Source: Escherichia phage vB_EcoM_SCS4
Length of the DNA: 64,000 nucleotides
Sequence record: ON506924
Direction: 5' to 3' (one strand)
This document shows, one piece after another, positions 20,260-30,826 of this stretch. The notes under the pieces were generated by a model, which saw only the letters and a program-made list of their open reading frames with translations, was not told the DNA's origin and did no database searches. Numbering within the stretch: position 1 is the stretch's first letter; every line of letters starts with the position of its first letter. The position numbers and the translations under genes were made by a program.

Positions 20260-21719
20260 AAACCAGTTACCTCATGAAAATCACCAAATACATCTTCGAA
20301 CGTATTAGCTTTAGTTTTATCTTCACGTAAACGAATCGCAATCGGAAGAAATAATTTAACGTAATCAGTGCGGCCATCAGATTTTAACCAACCGTTGCAT
20401 TCGCACTCTAGAATTTTTCCAATATAATAANTTTGGTTTTCCATAATGCGAGTACGGTCAAGCTCATGTGATTTTACGCCGGCTTTATCTTTTAAGCCTG
20501 AACCAGCATTTACTTTAATTTTTCCACACTCTGATTCAAGAATAAATCCACCTGCTTTAGTAGGGTCTTTACGGTGAGGATAAATTCCTACAATTTTTAA
20601 ATCAACATCAATTACTTCTTTAAATTTATAGAGATTTTTTGAACGAGCATTTTCCCATAATCCATCGATATTTTTGAGAATAATACCTTCAAGACCTTGG
20701 TCAATATACTTTTTGTAAATTACCTTAGCTTCATCTAGGTTATTTACTATCTGGTTTTCAATTAAAATTACTTTATCATAACCTGATGTCATTTGTTCTA
20801 GTTTAGAAAAACGTACATCATATTTTAAACGAAATGCTGGAAGACCGTATATTTCTACCAACGGAACATAATCCCAGACCTGAAACTTCATGCATTGAGC
20901 TTCTTTTTCTGAAATAGTTCCCTTTAAAGATTTATTAGCGATTCCATTAGAAGTAGTACGTGATTCAGCTACTTCAGCAAACTCTTTAGCTTTACTAATT
21001 TCAGGATAAGCATCAAAAAGAAAATCTAGGCCTTCTGGCTCCTTTTTAACTTGCTCATGGTATACCAATTCGCCATCAATTAACACACCTTCTGGATGAA
21101 TCTGGCGGGCTTCAGCGGTCATTTTGATTAACTCTTCCTTAAGAAGATCTAATCCTAGATATTCATTACCAGCTCGTGATAAAAGACGGACATCATCTAA
21201 TTCATCACCTCTAACTTCGGCAAAGCACCGAGCTCCATCAGCTTTTAACTGGGCAAAGGCTGGAAATTTGATATTCTTATTAATGCCTTTTTCATCATAA
21301 GAACTTGCAAGCATTTGAGGTTGTTCAGGAATTAAACCTGGCCAAACTTTGTTTGCAATAGATACTGAAGCACCACATTCAAGGTCTCGCATCATCACTC
21401 GACGCAAAACTTCAACATCATCTTTTTTACCATCGGTGATATATCCAGATAATTCCTCAATTGCCGCATTTCCGGTCAATTTCCGAGTAGCTAACGTGAA
21501 TTCAATGAAGTCAAGCATATCGGTAAGAGTCAACATTCCAAAACTCTGGGTAGCAATACCAGATTTAGGCCATTTCTTGATATAATACTGCAACCCACGA
21601 GAATAAGTCAGACGATATACTCGTTTAAGCAATTCATTATCTTTATTCTTTTCAAGAATTGCTTGCTTCTGCTTAGTTGAACCAATAGATGCTATTTCGT
21701 TCAGAATTTTAAGAATCAT
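20256..21719 (-). CDS. 30: ATP-dependent DNA ligase gp30
   Basis: 487-aa ORF (T4 ligase length) with adenylation motif region (KADGAR); one ambiguous codon. Confidence 0.93.
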   Translation of the reverse strand: MILKILNEIASIGSTKQKQAILEKNKDNELLKRVYRLTYSRGLQYYIKKWPKSGIATQSFGMLTLTDMLDFIEFTLATRKLTGNAAIEELSGYITDGKKDDVEVLRRVMMRDLECGASVSIANKVWPGLIPEQPQMLASSYDEKGINKNIKFPAFAQLKADGARCFAEVRGDELDDVRLLSRAGNEYLGLDLLKEELIKMTAEARQIHPEGVLIDGELVYHEQVKKEPEGLDFLFDAYPEISKAKEFAEVAESRTTSNGIANKSLKGTISEKEAQCMKFQVWDYVPLVEIYGLPAFRLKYDVRFSKLEQMTSGYDKVILIENQIVNNLDEAKVIYKKYIDQGLEGIILKNIDGLWENARSKNLYKFKEVIDVDLKIVGIYPHRKDPTKAGGFILESECGKIKVNAGSGLKDKAGVKSHELDRTRIMENQXYYIGKILECECNGWLKSDGRTDYVKLFLPIAIRLREDKTKANTFEDVFGDFHEVTGL

Positions 21720-21985
21720 TGTTCATCCTTTAGAGTTTGGTTTACAGCTCTATTATAAATCAATTCATCATTAAGCTCAGTCAAAGACCTATGGTACGTG
21801 GTTCTAACTTTATTTCCTTGCATCCAGTGTTTGACGTAAATGAAACCTTGCTCTACACATTTTTTAAAAATTCGTTCGTCTTTTTGAGCTCGGAATTCTG
21901 GATTGCATCTAAAAAATTGATTTACGTGACCGTAATCACGTGTAGTATTACCTTCATTTTCATAAATAGTGTGAACAACAAACAT
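21716..21985 (-). CDS. Hypothetical protein (30.1 position)
   Basis: 89-aa ORF, operon-coupled. Confidence 0.55.
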   Translation of the reverse strand: MFVVHTIYENEGNTTRDYGHVNQFFRCNPEFRAQKDERIFKKCVEQGFIYVKHWMQGNKVRTTYHRSLTELNDELIYNRAVNQTLKDEQ

Positions 21986-22839
21986 TAGAATGCTCCTTGG
22001 AAAATATTATCACCACTACCACTAGTAAGTCTATTAAAATACCCTGCATCACCAGGCTTAATATAACTCCATGTATGGAATGGATGCATCTGATGTGAGT
22101 GCGTATAATATGGATGATATGGATTATAAGGATTAAATCCAGGAGTTCTCCAGGTAGTGTTCCAACGAAAAGAATCATTTTTAATCATCTTTTCAATTAC
22201 ATCTTTTATAGCTTTTTCACTATCAAAACTTTCTTTATTTTCCTTTGGTGAAAAAAGCTTATTCTCTACATCGTTCCATGTATAAACTCGCTGAGCGGTT
22301 TTTGGAATACTGTCACGTTCCCCTCGAGCCATCCAATACACAGGAACACGTAATATTTCACTTGCATGATCGCAGTGGTGAGCGAGATCGTCAATATAAC
22401 AAATTACATTATATTTCTCTTTTGCCTTTTTGAACAACTCTTCTTTTGAAGAATCATGACCACACATCATTACTTCTGAGAAGGCACCAGGAAAAAGAGC
22501 ATTCAAATTAAATTGACGATTCAACAAAGCGTCAATAGAATCACCCAATGCTGTAACAGCTACAAAATTATAATCTTCTTTTAATTTGTTAATTACACAC
22601 AGAGCATCTTTATATGGAGACAAGTAACGAATAAAATCTGATCGATTGTATTTTTCAATTAACTTGACGCCAAGTTCTTCATCACAGTTAAAGAGTTTAC
22701 CAGGAGAAATAAATTTCTCATCTTGGATCATTTTTAAAATATGTTCTAACGGAAGATTATATTTCTGAGCAAAATAAGGAAGGCCTGATTGCCAGCTTAA
22801 ACATACTCCATCAATATCAGTTAAAATAGTAGGCTTCAT
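21985..22839 (-). CDS. HAD-superfamily phosphatase-like protein (30.2 position) with His/Tyr/Pro-rich C-terminal tail
   Basis: N-terminal ILTDIDGV (HAD motif I, DxDG); C-terminal PGFNPYNPYHPYYTHSHQMHPFHTW low-complexity segment. Confidence 0.65.
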   Translation of the reverse strand: MKPTILTDIDGVCLSWQSGLPYFAQKYNLPLEHILKMIQDEKFISPGKLFNCDEELGVKLIEKYNRSDFIRYLSPYKDALCVINKLKEDYNFVAVTALGDSIDALLNRQFNLNALFPGAFSEVMMCGHDSSKEELFKKAKEKYNVICYIDDLAHHCDHASEILRVPVYWMARGERDSIPKTAQRVYTWNDVENKLFSPKENKESFDSEKAIKDVIEKMIKNDSFRWNTTWRTPGFNPYNPYHPYYTHSHQMHPFHTWSYIKPGDAGYFNRLTSGSGDNIFQGAF

Positions 22840-23300
22840 AGAGAGTCTCTTAATAGGTTTAACACATCAATAAATTCAGCTTCGGTTAGTATTGTATCAT
22901 CTTTTGTTAGACCACTAGCCATGCTGTGCTTCAAAACTTTTCCTTTCGAGGCTTGTAATGCATCACGAAAGCCCTTGTTTTGGATCGCTGCTTCAAAATA
23001 TGCATTTGTGTATAATTCTTTCCACGCTGAGGAGTATCTTGAAAACGGAACTCCAAGCCAGAAGAGGGTCCCACGGTCCTGAGCTCTTGCATAAGACCTT
23101 CCAGCTTGTTGGGCGGCAAGCCCTGATAACCCAAATATACGACGTTGTTGTTCAACATTTTTCACCTTGCACCCTTGAAGGAATCCTTCTAGACCTCCAA
23201 ATTGAATACCATCCATAACGAAAGGCCATTGAGCGAAATTACTTAATGCACATGATGGCCACTTAAAATTGCTTCTAATCTCTAACTCAGACATTTTCAA
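22836..23300 (-). CDS. NADAR-domain (YbiA-like) protein (30.3 position)
   Basis: LSNFAQWPFVMDGIQFGGLEGFLQGCK resembles the NADAR signature FSNFAxWP..DG....EHYFQAxK. Confidence 0.6.
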   Translation of the reverse strand: MKMSELEIRSNFKWPSCALSNFAQWPFVMDGIQFGGLEGFLQGCKVKNVEQQRRIFGLSGLAAQQAGRSYARAQDRGTLFWLGVPFSRYSSAWKELYTNAYFEAAIQNKGFRDALQASKGKVLKHSMASGLTKDDTILTEAEFIDVLNLLRDSL

Positions 23301-23493
23301 TGCTTATAATTTCAACATCAGCCCAATGACCATAGCAAGGAAGACGAAATTCAACTGGCCAGTTAGGGTCCTTTTCTAATATAATAGACTTAACTTGTGG
23401 TTCTTCATGTTCATCAGTATATGGATTTTTATCTGTTACTTTATATGTGACCTTAATGTACTGAATTCCAAAAATCTTATTAATTATATTCAT
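23287..23493 (-). CDS. Hypothetical protein (30.x)
   Basis: 68-aa ORF, overlapping coupling. Confidence 0.5.
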   Translation of the reverse strand: MNIINKIFGIQYIKVTYKVTDKNPYTDEHEEPQVKSIILEKDPNWPVEFRLPCYGHWADVEIISIENV

Positions 23494-23687
23494 ACTAATT
23501 CCTTTAATCCGTAAATAGGAGATAATTCATCACCCATACGAAGGTCTTCATTTCCATCTACCCAGGAAACAATATAAGCCTCTTTTATTTGAATACCACT
23601 CCATTTAAATGGAGGTAGAACCTTAGAAATTAATCCAGGTATACCAACTCCCTTTAATTCAACAGTTTGACCTAAAAAGAATTTCAT
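23490..23687 (-). CDS. Hypothetical protein (30.x)
   Basis: 65-aa ORF. Confidence 0.5.
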   Translation of the reverse strand: MKFFLGQTVELKGVGIPGLISKVLPPFKWSGIQIKEAYIVSWVDGNEDLRMGDELSPIYGLKELV

Positions 23688-23974
23688 TAGAACCTCATCT
23701 GAAAACCGTGCGATTTAACATTACCGCCGCCAATATCAGAAATGTTAATTTCGCGCGCAATTGAAGGGTCAATGTCAATTTCACGATTGAGTTTAGTGAT
23801 AGCTAAAGTATCGCGCCCATTTACAGTACGGAACTCTAAAGGACAAACCACATCAACGTAGTTTTTAATCGATTCACTGGTAGGCTGCAAATGAGCAGGA
23901 AGGTCTTTGGGCGCCTTTGAGAAAACCACTTCACAGAAATTTTTACGGGTATCAAAATAAGTAGTCATAAACAT
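23687..23974 (-). CDS. Hypothetical protein (30.x)
   Basis: 95-aa ORF. Confidence 0.55.
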   Translation of the reverse strand: MFMTTYFDTRKNFCEVVFSKAPKDLPAHLQPTSESIKNYVDVVCPLEFRTVNGRDTLAITKLNREIDIDPSIAREINISDIGGGNVKSHGFQMRF

Positions 23975-24015
23975 GGTATTTTCCTCAGTAAGGGGCCGAA
24001 GCCCCTCATTTTATT

Positions 24016-24381
24016 TTAAATATCAAATTCATTAAGAACTACATCAAAGATTGCTTCGAGATGTTCAGGTTTAGCTCTGTTACTCAGAATATGACGAATC
24101 CAAGTTTTAACCAAAAGCTTGCGATTAGCACCATTCCAACAAGGATGAGTCCCTAAATCGCGTTGACGAAAATCATCATCCAGAGCGATTTTAAAGTTGG
24201 AACCTTCCATTGTGATTGAAACCGTGATGCCATTTTCAAATCGCATATAAACGTAATTAGGAGTCATATACTGTTCAATTTCGCATACTGATCCATTTTG
24301 ATGTTTCCAAAGGCAAATAGTATCAATAGAACCTGCAATACCATTAGAAACATATTTACGTTCAAAGTTGATGTAGTTCAT
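24016..24381 (-). CDS. Hypothetical protein (30.x)
   Basis: 121-aa ORF preceded by an early-promoter-like element. Confidence 0.55.
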   Translation of the reverse strand: MNYINFERKYVSNGIAGSIDTICLWKHQNGSVCEIEQYMTPNYVYMRFENGITVSITMEGSNFKIALDDDFRQRDLGTHPCWNGANRKLLVKTWIRHILSNRAKPEHLEAIFDVVLNEFDI

Positions 24382-24418
24382 TTTTATTCTCCGTGATGTT
24401 TAATTGCGGTACAGGTAT

Positions 24419-24447
24419 ATAATATCATATCCTGTACCAAAGTAAAC
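24419..24447 (-). promoter_or_regulatory. T4-type early promoter (GTTTAC -35, TATTAT -10) flanked by an inverted repeat
   Basis: - strand GTTTAC, 17-nt spacer, TATTAT; ggtacagg/cctgtacc palindrome around the -10. Confidence 0.4.
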
Positions 24448-24449
24448 AA

Positions 24450-24782
24450 TTATTTTACTACTTTCCAATGCTTCATGTCAAGTTTACCAACTTTTTTCAT
24501 CTTCTCAATTAAGCGTTCGGCACGTTGGCGAGCTGTAACATAATACCATTCACCTAATTCATTTTGTTCAATTTTTCCAACGATTACTGTATTCAATTCA
24601 TAAATCCAACCGGTAAAGAAATTATGAACTTGAATTGTAAAGGTGAAATCTGTTCCCATACCTTCTGTTGTTTCTACTTCAATAATATCACCTTCAACTG
24701 CCATTAAGAACCACATAGTTTCATTATATTTACCATTGAAGCATTTAGTTTTAACTGCAGCGTTCAGATTAATCGTTTTCAT
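24450..24782 (-). CDS. Hypothetical protein (30.x)
   Basis: 110-aa ORF. Confidence 0.55.
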   Translation of the reverse strand: MKTINLNAAVKTKCFNGKYNETMWFLMAVEGDIIEVETTEGMGTDFTFTIQVHNFFTGWIYELNTVIVGKIEQNELGEWYYVTARQRAERLIEKMKKVGKLDMKHWKVVK

Positions 24783-24859
24783 TTTATTCTCCTTTGTTTG
24801 TGTAAGATAATACTATCACAAAGGAACCATATTGTAAACAACTTTGTGCAATCTTTGGA

Positions 24860-24887
24860 AAATAAAAAAGGACTCCCGAAGGAGTCC
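24860..24887 (-). terminator. Rho-independent terminator (ggactcc-cgaa-ggagtcc plus T-run on the - strand)
   Basis: 7-bp GC-rich stem with GAA-containing loop followed by a U-run in the - strand transcript. Confidence 0.55.
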
Positions 24888-24892
24888 TCAAC

Positions 24893-25111
24893 TTATGCTT
24901 TCTGCTTACCAAAACGAGAAGCATCATCTCGAAGAACCGCACGTGCTCGGCGCATGATCTTCTCAACAGTTTGATTGATACGAGAGTTCGACCCACGCTT
25001 GTAGCCAGCGCGTTTAGAATCACCAACTTTCTTTTCAACTGCTTTCTTTGCTTTAACTTGTTTTGCCATTATAAATTCTCTTTTAAATGAAAATGCAGGA
25101 CTTATTGGCAT
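24893..25111 (-). CDS. Small highly basic protein (30.x); probable start at internal Met (MAKQVKAKKA...)
   Basis: Lys/Arg-rich 58-72 aa ORF. Confidence 0.45.
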   Translation of the reverse strand: MPISPAFSFKREFIMAKQVKAKKAVEKKVGDSKRAGYKRGSNSRINQTVEKIMRRARAVLRDDASRFGKQKA

Positions 25112-25290
25112 TGCCTGCGCAAGCCCTCAAGGGGGTACTTAGGTTTTGAATATTTACCGACAGGATAACCATAAACCTCGTCATCATACCACCAAGACTT
25201 ACACAGATAACACTTTTCTGACGCATGATAGTAACATTCAAGAGGTACACCGTAAAACTGCCGGGGTCTTAAAACTATAATGATTCGCAA
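25102..25290 (-). CDS. Small Cys/Tyr-rich protein (30.x)
   Basis: 62-aa ORF with CYYHASEKCYLC motif. Confidence 0.45.
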   Translation of the reverse strand: MRIIIVLRPRQFYGVPLECYYHASEKCYLCKSWWYDDEVYGYPVGKYSKPKYPLEGLRRQCQ

Positions 25291-25357
25291 ATCATTAATC
25301 AGACAGTTCGACGGCTCCTCGATTTAGCTCACACTAAGGCAGTGAATCTCCAATAAA

Positions 25358-25606
25358 TTACTTCAATGTTACCACAAAGTGACGAACTGCTTTTCGTGCA
25401 GCAGAAGCCAGAGGCTTAGCATATTTAAGTTCATCTTTTTCCTGAAGCTCAGCAGCTAATGCAGTTTGAGCAGGATTCAGATGTTTGAAATAACGCAGGA
25501 TTTCAAGAGCTTCGGCTTCAACATCAATAGATGCGCCATAGTTTTCGTGACCATTATTCCATGCGTTTCGTTGCAGTTCAAGAGCGTGTTGTAATTGTTT
25601 AATCAT
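25358..25606 (-). CDS. rIII: RIII lysis-inhibition accessory protein
   Basis: 82-aa ORF (T4 RIII length), located between the 30.x block and gene 31. Confidence 0.85.
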   Translation of the reverse strand: MIKQLQHALELQRNAWNNGHENYGASIDVEAEALEILRYFKHLNPAQTALAAELQEKDELKYAKPLASAARKAVRHFVVTLK

Positions 25607-25753
25607 TTAAAAATTCTCGTTAGAGATTAAAACTCGGTAGTCACGTTCTTCTGAATTTCATCTTCTTTCGACAGATCTCTCAGTTGTAGACTACCACGTA
25701 GAATTGTTCGGTTAACATATTATTCCGACACCCAATTCATATTATTATTTATA

Positions 25754-26089
25754 TCACTTATAAAGACATGGAATAGCTTTATAGTGGCAAGTGACGAATT
25801 TTTGTTTAATTTCTTTTGGCTGCTTAAGACCCAGAGCTACAAAAGGATGCGGAACGTTTCGAATTTGACCAACTGGAAGAGAAGTCAAATCACCAACTTC
25901 GCAGAAACCTTCAGGAACATCAGGACCAACAGAGTGAACTACACACAGTTCAGGAACTTCACCTTGAACACGTTTACCGATAATAAGTCCTGATTCTGTA
26001 ACTTCTTCATCACCGGCTTGTGCAGGTTCAGAAACTAAAATAACATATTCACCGACAGCACGAATTGGTAGCTGTTGTACTTCAGACAT
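25754..26089 (-). CDS. 31: Co-chaperonin gp31 (GroES analogue)
   Basis: 111-aa ORF, T4 gp31 length and sequence. Confidence 0.92.
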
Positions 26090-26119
26090 CGTTTTTCCTT
26101 TTTGTTAACAGATGAATTA

Positions 26120-26144
26120 ATAATAACAAATAATTCTTAAAGCA
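26120..26144 (-). promoter_or_regulatory. Candidate MotA-dependent middle promoter for gene 31
   Basis: - strand ATGCTTTAA (MotA-box-like TGCTTtA) followed 12 nt later by TATTAT. Confidence 0.35.
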
Positions 26145-26145
26145 T

Positions 26146-26454
26146 TTATTTACCAATAAATTGGAGTAAATGCTCAACTTTCATACCATTAACGGAAATC
26201 AATTTGTCAATAGAAAAACCTCGCCATGCACCAAGCTCGACATCAAACACTGGAATCATGTCAGTAGATTCTTTCCGAGTAGATTCAGTCAATTTACCAG
26301 TTTGCATGGTTGGCATAAAGTCTGCATCACGAGTACCTTTCATAGTACGAATAGTACCATCAGACTTTTCAAAAACTACGTTTGAAACACCCATGGACAA
26401 TTTAGTTTTCAAAATTTCGCGAATTGCTACTTTCTGCTCAGTTGTCAGTTTCAT
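26146..26454 (-). CDS. Hypothetical protein (31.1 position)
   Basis: 102-aa ORF. Confidence 0.6.
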   Translation of the reverse strand: MKLTTEQKVAIREILKTKLSMGVSNVVFEKSDGTIRTMKGTRDADFMPTMQTGKLTESTRKESTDMIPVFDVELGAWRGFSIDKLISVNGMKVEHLLQFIGK

Positions 26455-26691
26455 TTATTTACCTATCACAGTTTTAATATGAGTTGTTCCACGTTCTTTA
26501 AGGGTGGAAAGTAATTTTTGGCATTTTTCTAAATCAGATTTCCAACTATATGGTCTATCAATACTAGTCCAATCAGTTTTATAATACTGTTTCCATTTAG
26601 AGAAAAAATATTTCTTATACTCTACAGCAAATGAGATGTTCTCGTTAGAATAAGAACTAATTGCTGTAAGCTTTACCAAACGAAATTTCAT
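26455..26691 (-). CDS. Hypothetical protein (31.2 position)
   Basis: 78-aa ORF. Confidence 0.55.
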   Translation of the reverse strand: MKFRLVKLTAISSYSNENISFAVEYKKYFFSKWKQYYKTDWTSIDRPYSWKSDLEKCQKLLSTLKERGTTHIKTVIGK

Positions 26692-27272
26692 TATTCACCA
26701 CAGAATTCGTTGATATTTTCCCAGTTTAACTTATTCAAGTTTTTCTTAGGAACATTAAACACTTCAATACCTGCATTTCGCAGAATATCATCCCAGCCAG
26801 GTTTATTTTTATCGTATGTTTCACAATAAACCAGCTTTTTAATACCAGATTGAGCTATCGCTTTTGCACAATCTGGGCAAGGAGAAAGTGTTACATACAT
26901 AGTAGCACCTTCAATAGAAGAACCATTTCGTGCAGCAAACAAAATTGCATTTAGTTCAGCATGAATTTCATTTTTAGACGACCATTCAGAGTGAGCGCTA
27001 CGATGTTCTTTCGCCAAAACAAAACGATCAGTTGAACCAAATGATACGCATTCAGGCTTATGGCCTTGAATGATAGTGTGTTTAGGCTTATTCAACAACC
27101 AACCTTGCTCAGCAGCATAATCACAACAGTTCACACCCCCTGCGGGTGAACCATTATACCCAGTAGAAATAATACGTCCATTCTTTTCAATTACTGCTCC
27201 TACCTTCCAGGAGCAACATTTTGATTCCTGTGATACTAAATATGCAATTTGAAGTACTGTACTCGCTTTCAT
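26691..27272 (-). CDS. cd: dCMP deaminase
   Basis: 193-aa ORF with cytidine/dCMP deaminase zinc motifs HAELNAI and PCPDCAK. Confidence 0.93.
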   Translation of the reverse strand: MKASTVLQIAYLVSQESKCCSWKVGAVIEKNGRIISTGYNGSPAGGVNCCDYAAEQGWLLNKPKHTIIQGHKPECVSFGSTDRFVLAKEHRSAHSEWSSKNEIHAELNAILFAARNGSSIEGATMYVTLSPCPDCAKAIAQSGIKKLVYCETYDKNKPGWDDILRNAGIEVFNVPKKNLNKLNWENINEFCGE

Positions 27273-27607
27273 TTCATAATCACCAGATAAGCAGATTTAG
27301 CAGTTTCAACACGATAAATTTCGTGACGAAGTTTAGTTATACTTTTAATAACAGAACTAATTATATTCTGCCCATCTTTAAAGCGGTTTTTCTTATCAAT
27401 AAAAATTGCGCCAACCATCTTTTTGTGAAGCTCAACTGGATACTTCGTCACAATAATAGCATCATTCACAGAAGGATGAATACTATTCACCAGAGTATCA
27501 TTCATTAAAGTTATTCTAATGAACTGTGCTGTTTCAGAATCAAGCGCTCTATGATCGCCAGTATCATTTTCAAGACAATTATCAATTATATCAGTTAAAT
27601 TCATCAT
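27269..27607 (-). CDS. Hypothetical protein (cd.x)
   Basis: 112-aa ORF. Confidence 0.55.
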   Translation of the reverse strand: MMNLTDIIDNCLENDTGDHRALDSETAQFIRITLMNDTLVNSIHPSVNDAIIVTKYPVELHKKMVGAIFIDKKNRFKDGQNIISSVIKSITKLRHEIYRVETAKSAYLVIMK

Positions 27608-27843
27608 AGTACGCCATACACCCTTTGTGCTTCAACTAATCCATCAAAATCCAGTTTAAGATGCGATATTTGATCGCCATCACCTGGATTCACAATTACT
27701 AATACTGAACGAGGAGTTTCGGTAATAACACGAACCGATGTTTCAGGAAATCGTTCAGAAACCTTATTTACTAATTCCTGTGCAAATAGTTTAACTTTTT
27801 CTTGGAATTCTTTAACAGTAATTGGTTTTTCACTTAGCAGCAT
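27604..27843 (-). CDS. Hypothetical protein (cd.x)
   Basis: 79-aa ORF. Confidence 0.55.
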   Translation of the reverse strand: MLLSEKPITVKEFQEKVKLFAQELVNKVSERFPETSVRVITETPRSVLVIVNPGDGDQISHLKLDFDGLVEAQRVYGVL

Positions 27844-28364
27844 GTTGATCCCAGCTCCTTACTTTCAACGTTTTTAACTAATTTGACAGAAACTAATTCA
27901 GCATCTTGAGTAATCATTACCGGACCTTCTTCATACTCTTCAAGATATTCTAGTGCTTTCTTTTTAGCTTCTTCCTTCGTATCAGTTTGAGCATAGATAT
28001 AAAACATACAACCAGTAATACCTACTACTTTCCACTTAATTTCTTTATCAGTTTTAATTTCAAATTTACTGACAGAATCATCTTTTTGAACTTCTTCGAA
28101 AAAAGAATATTCTAACATATAAGCAATTGAAAATAGCGGGCTAACTTTATAGGATTCTCCCATTACATCAACAGCTTTATACCAGCAGTCATCAATTTCG
28201 CGTTTAATGCTAATAACATTTTTCGCAGGATCTATTTTTACTTTAAATGAATTTTCCCCAATAAACTGGGCAATTCGTTTATTAGCCCCGCAAGTTTCAT
28301 TAAAAATATCTTTATACCCAGTTTTAAAGCGATAAACCTTATCTTCTTCAAACCATTCGCTCAT
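27834..28364 (-). CDS. Hypothetical protein (cd.x)
   Basis: 176-aa ORF with upstream early promoter. Confidence 0.6.
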   Translation of the reverse strand: MSEWFEEDKVYRFKTGYKDIFNETCGANKRIAQFIGENSFKVKIDPAKNVISIKREIDDCWYKAVDVMGESYKVSPLFSIAYMLEYSFFEEVQKDDSVSKFEIKTDKEIKWKVVGITGCMFYIYAQTDTKEEAKKKALEYLEEYEEGPVMITQDAELVSVKLVKNVESKELGSTCC

Positions 28365-28392
28365 TTCAATTTCCTCATTTGTTTTTGGTAGA

Positions 28393-28425
28393 GCTATAAT
28401 ATCACAACTCTACCGTAAAGTAAAC
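28393..28425 (-). promoter_or_regulatory. T4-type early promoter (GTTTAC -35, TATTAT -10)
   Basis: - strand GTTTAC ... TATTAT with ggtagag/ctctacc inverted repeat. Confidence 0.4.
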
Positions 28426-28427
28426 CA

Positions 28428-28733
28428 TTAAATCGCTTTGAATTCCGCAGTTTGAGATTCAAAGCGAATGTCGCCTTTGATAACTAGCTCAGCATCAAGA
28501 CCGAATACAACAATGATATGCGCGGAACCTGGATACAACGTAATGGCAATAGAATCCACCTGGTCTGGAAGCAAAGTGTTCAATACATGAGTCACTTGAG
28601 CATGGATTCGAAGCTCAGCTGCGTTATCAAGTTTTTCAAACATATTATTAGCGATAATTTGGCTAAACACTACTTCTACGATTTTAGAGTAAGTCGGAAA
28701 CATATTTACCTCACATAATTTTCTTCGAGCCAA
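28428..28733 (-). CDS. Hypothetical protein (cd.x)
   Basis: 101-aa ORF. Confidence 0.55.
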   Translation of the reverse strand: MARRKLCEVNMFPTYSKIVEVVFSQIIANNMFEKLDNAAELRIHAQVTHVLNTLLPDQVDSIAITLYPGSAHIIVVFGLDAELVIKGDIRFESQTAEFKAI

Positions 28734-28898
28734 TCAATAACATCCAAAGCGTTATCAAAAGTTTCGCCATCTACTTTGTCTTCTGTTTCATAATCAAGAA
28801 CATCTAGGCCTACTCTTCCGTCAACAATAGGCCATAGACAAAATAGATATTTCTTTTCTTTTTCAATTTTATCACAAAGACGATAAATCTTTTCTAGG

Positions 28899-28906
<8 letters not shown>
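28706..28906 (-). CDS. Hypothetical acidic protein (cd.x)
   Basis: 66-aa ORF. Confidence 0.5.
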
Positions 28907-30299
<1,393 letters not shown>

Positions 30300-30303
<4 letters not shown>

Positions 30304-30530
30304 TTATTTTTCTCAACCAATGATTGAATATAATCATGCAGGTCTTTAGATGCTTTACCCCACTTATTTTGATATTCATTTTTAAGATTAGCACGTGATT
30401 GAGCTAATAAAACATCATTAGTTGGAGGTAAAGATTCTAATCGCTGAATCTGGCGTCCATAAATCATTGCAGCCATCTCGGATTCATAAATCAATCCTTT
30501 GAGATGCTCAAATTGATGCCATGAAATCAT
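30300..30530 (-). CDS. Hypothetical protein (pseT.x)
   Basis: 76-aa ORF. Confidence 0.55.
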
Positions 30531-30826
30531 TTACATTTATCCTCTTTTAACTCTTGACGATAATAACATATCATAGTTTTCTGGTCATGTACATATCGTT
30601 TTACGTCATTAAGCCAAATACGAAATTCCTGAGAATCTTCAAATGGCATACCGACCCAAGCTTTACCATCGATAACTTTAACTTGCCAAGATAGTTTAGC
30701 TTCATCATATGACTTTATCTGCACAGGCCAATTAGGATGAACTGTTTCTTTCTTTACTTCTAGAGGCTTTGTCGAACAACCAACTAGAAGACCAATAGAT
30801 AATATTACTGCTGATAGTTTAATCAT
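30527..30826 (-). CDS. Outer-membrane lipoprotein, candidate o-spanin
   Basis: N-terminal lipobox MIKLSAVILSIGLLVGC; immediately downstream of and overlapping the candidate i-spanin. Confidence 0.55.
   Translation of the reverse strand: MIKLSAVILSIGLLVGCSTKPLEVKKETVHPNWPVQIKSYDEAKLSWQVKVIDGKAWVGMPFEDSQEFRIWLNDVKRYVHDQKTMICYYRQELKEDKCK

Noticed and set aside
25746-25753. TATAAATA on the - strand at the 3' end of gene 31
   Set aside because: It is about 140 nt from the rIII start and overlaps the gene 31 stop; it may be a late promoter but the placement is ambiguous, so it was not listed as a feature
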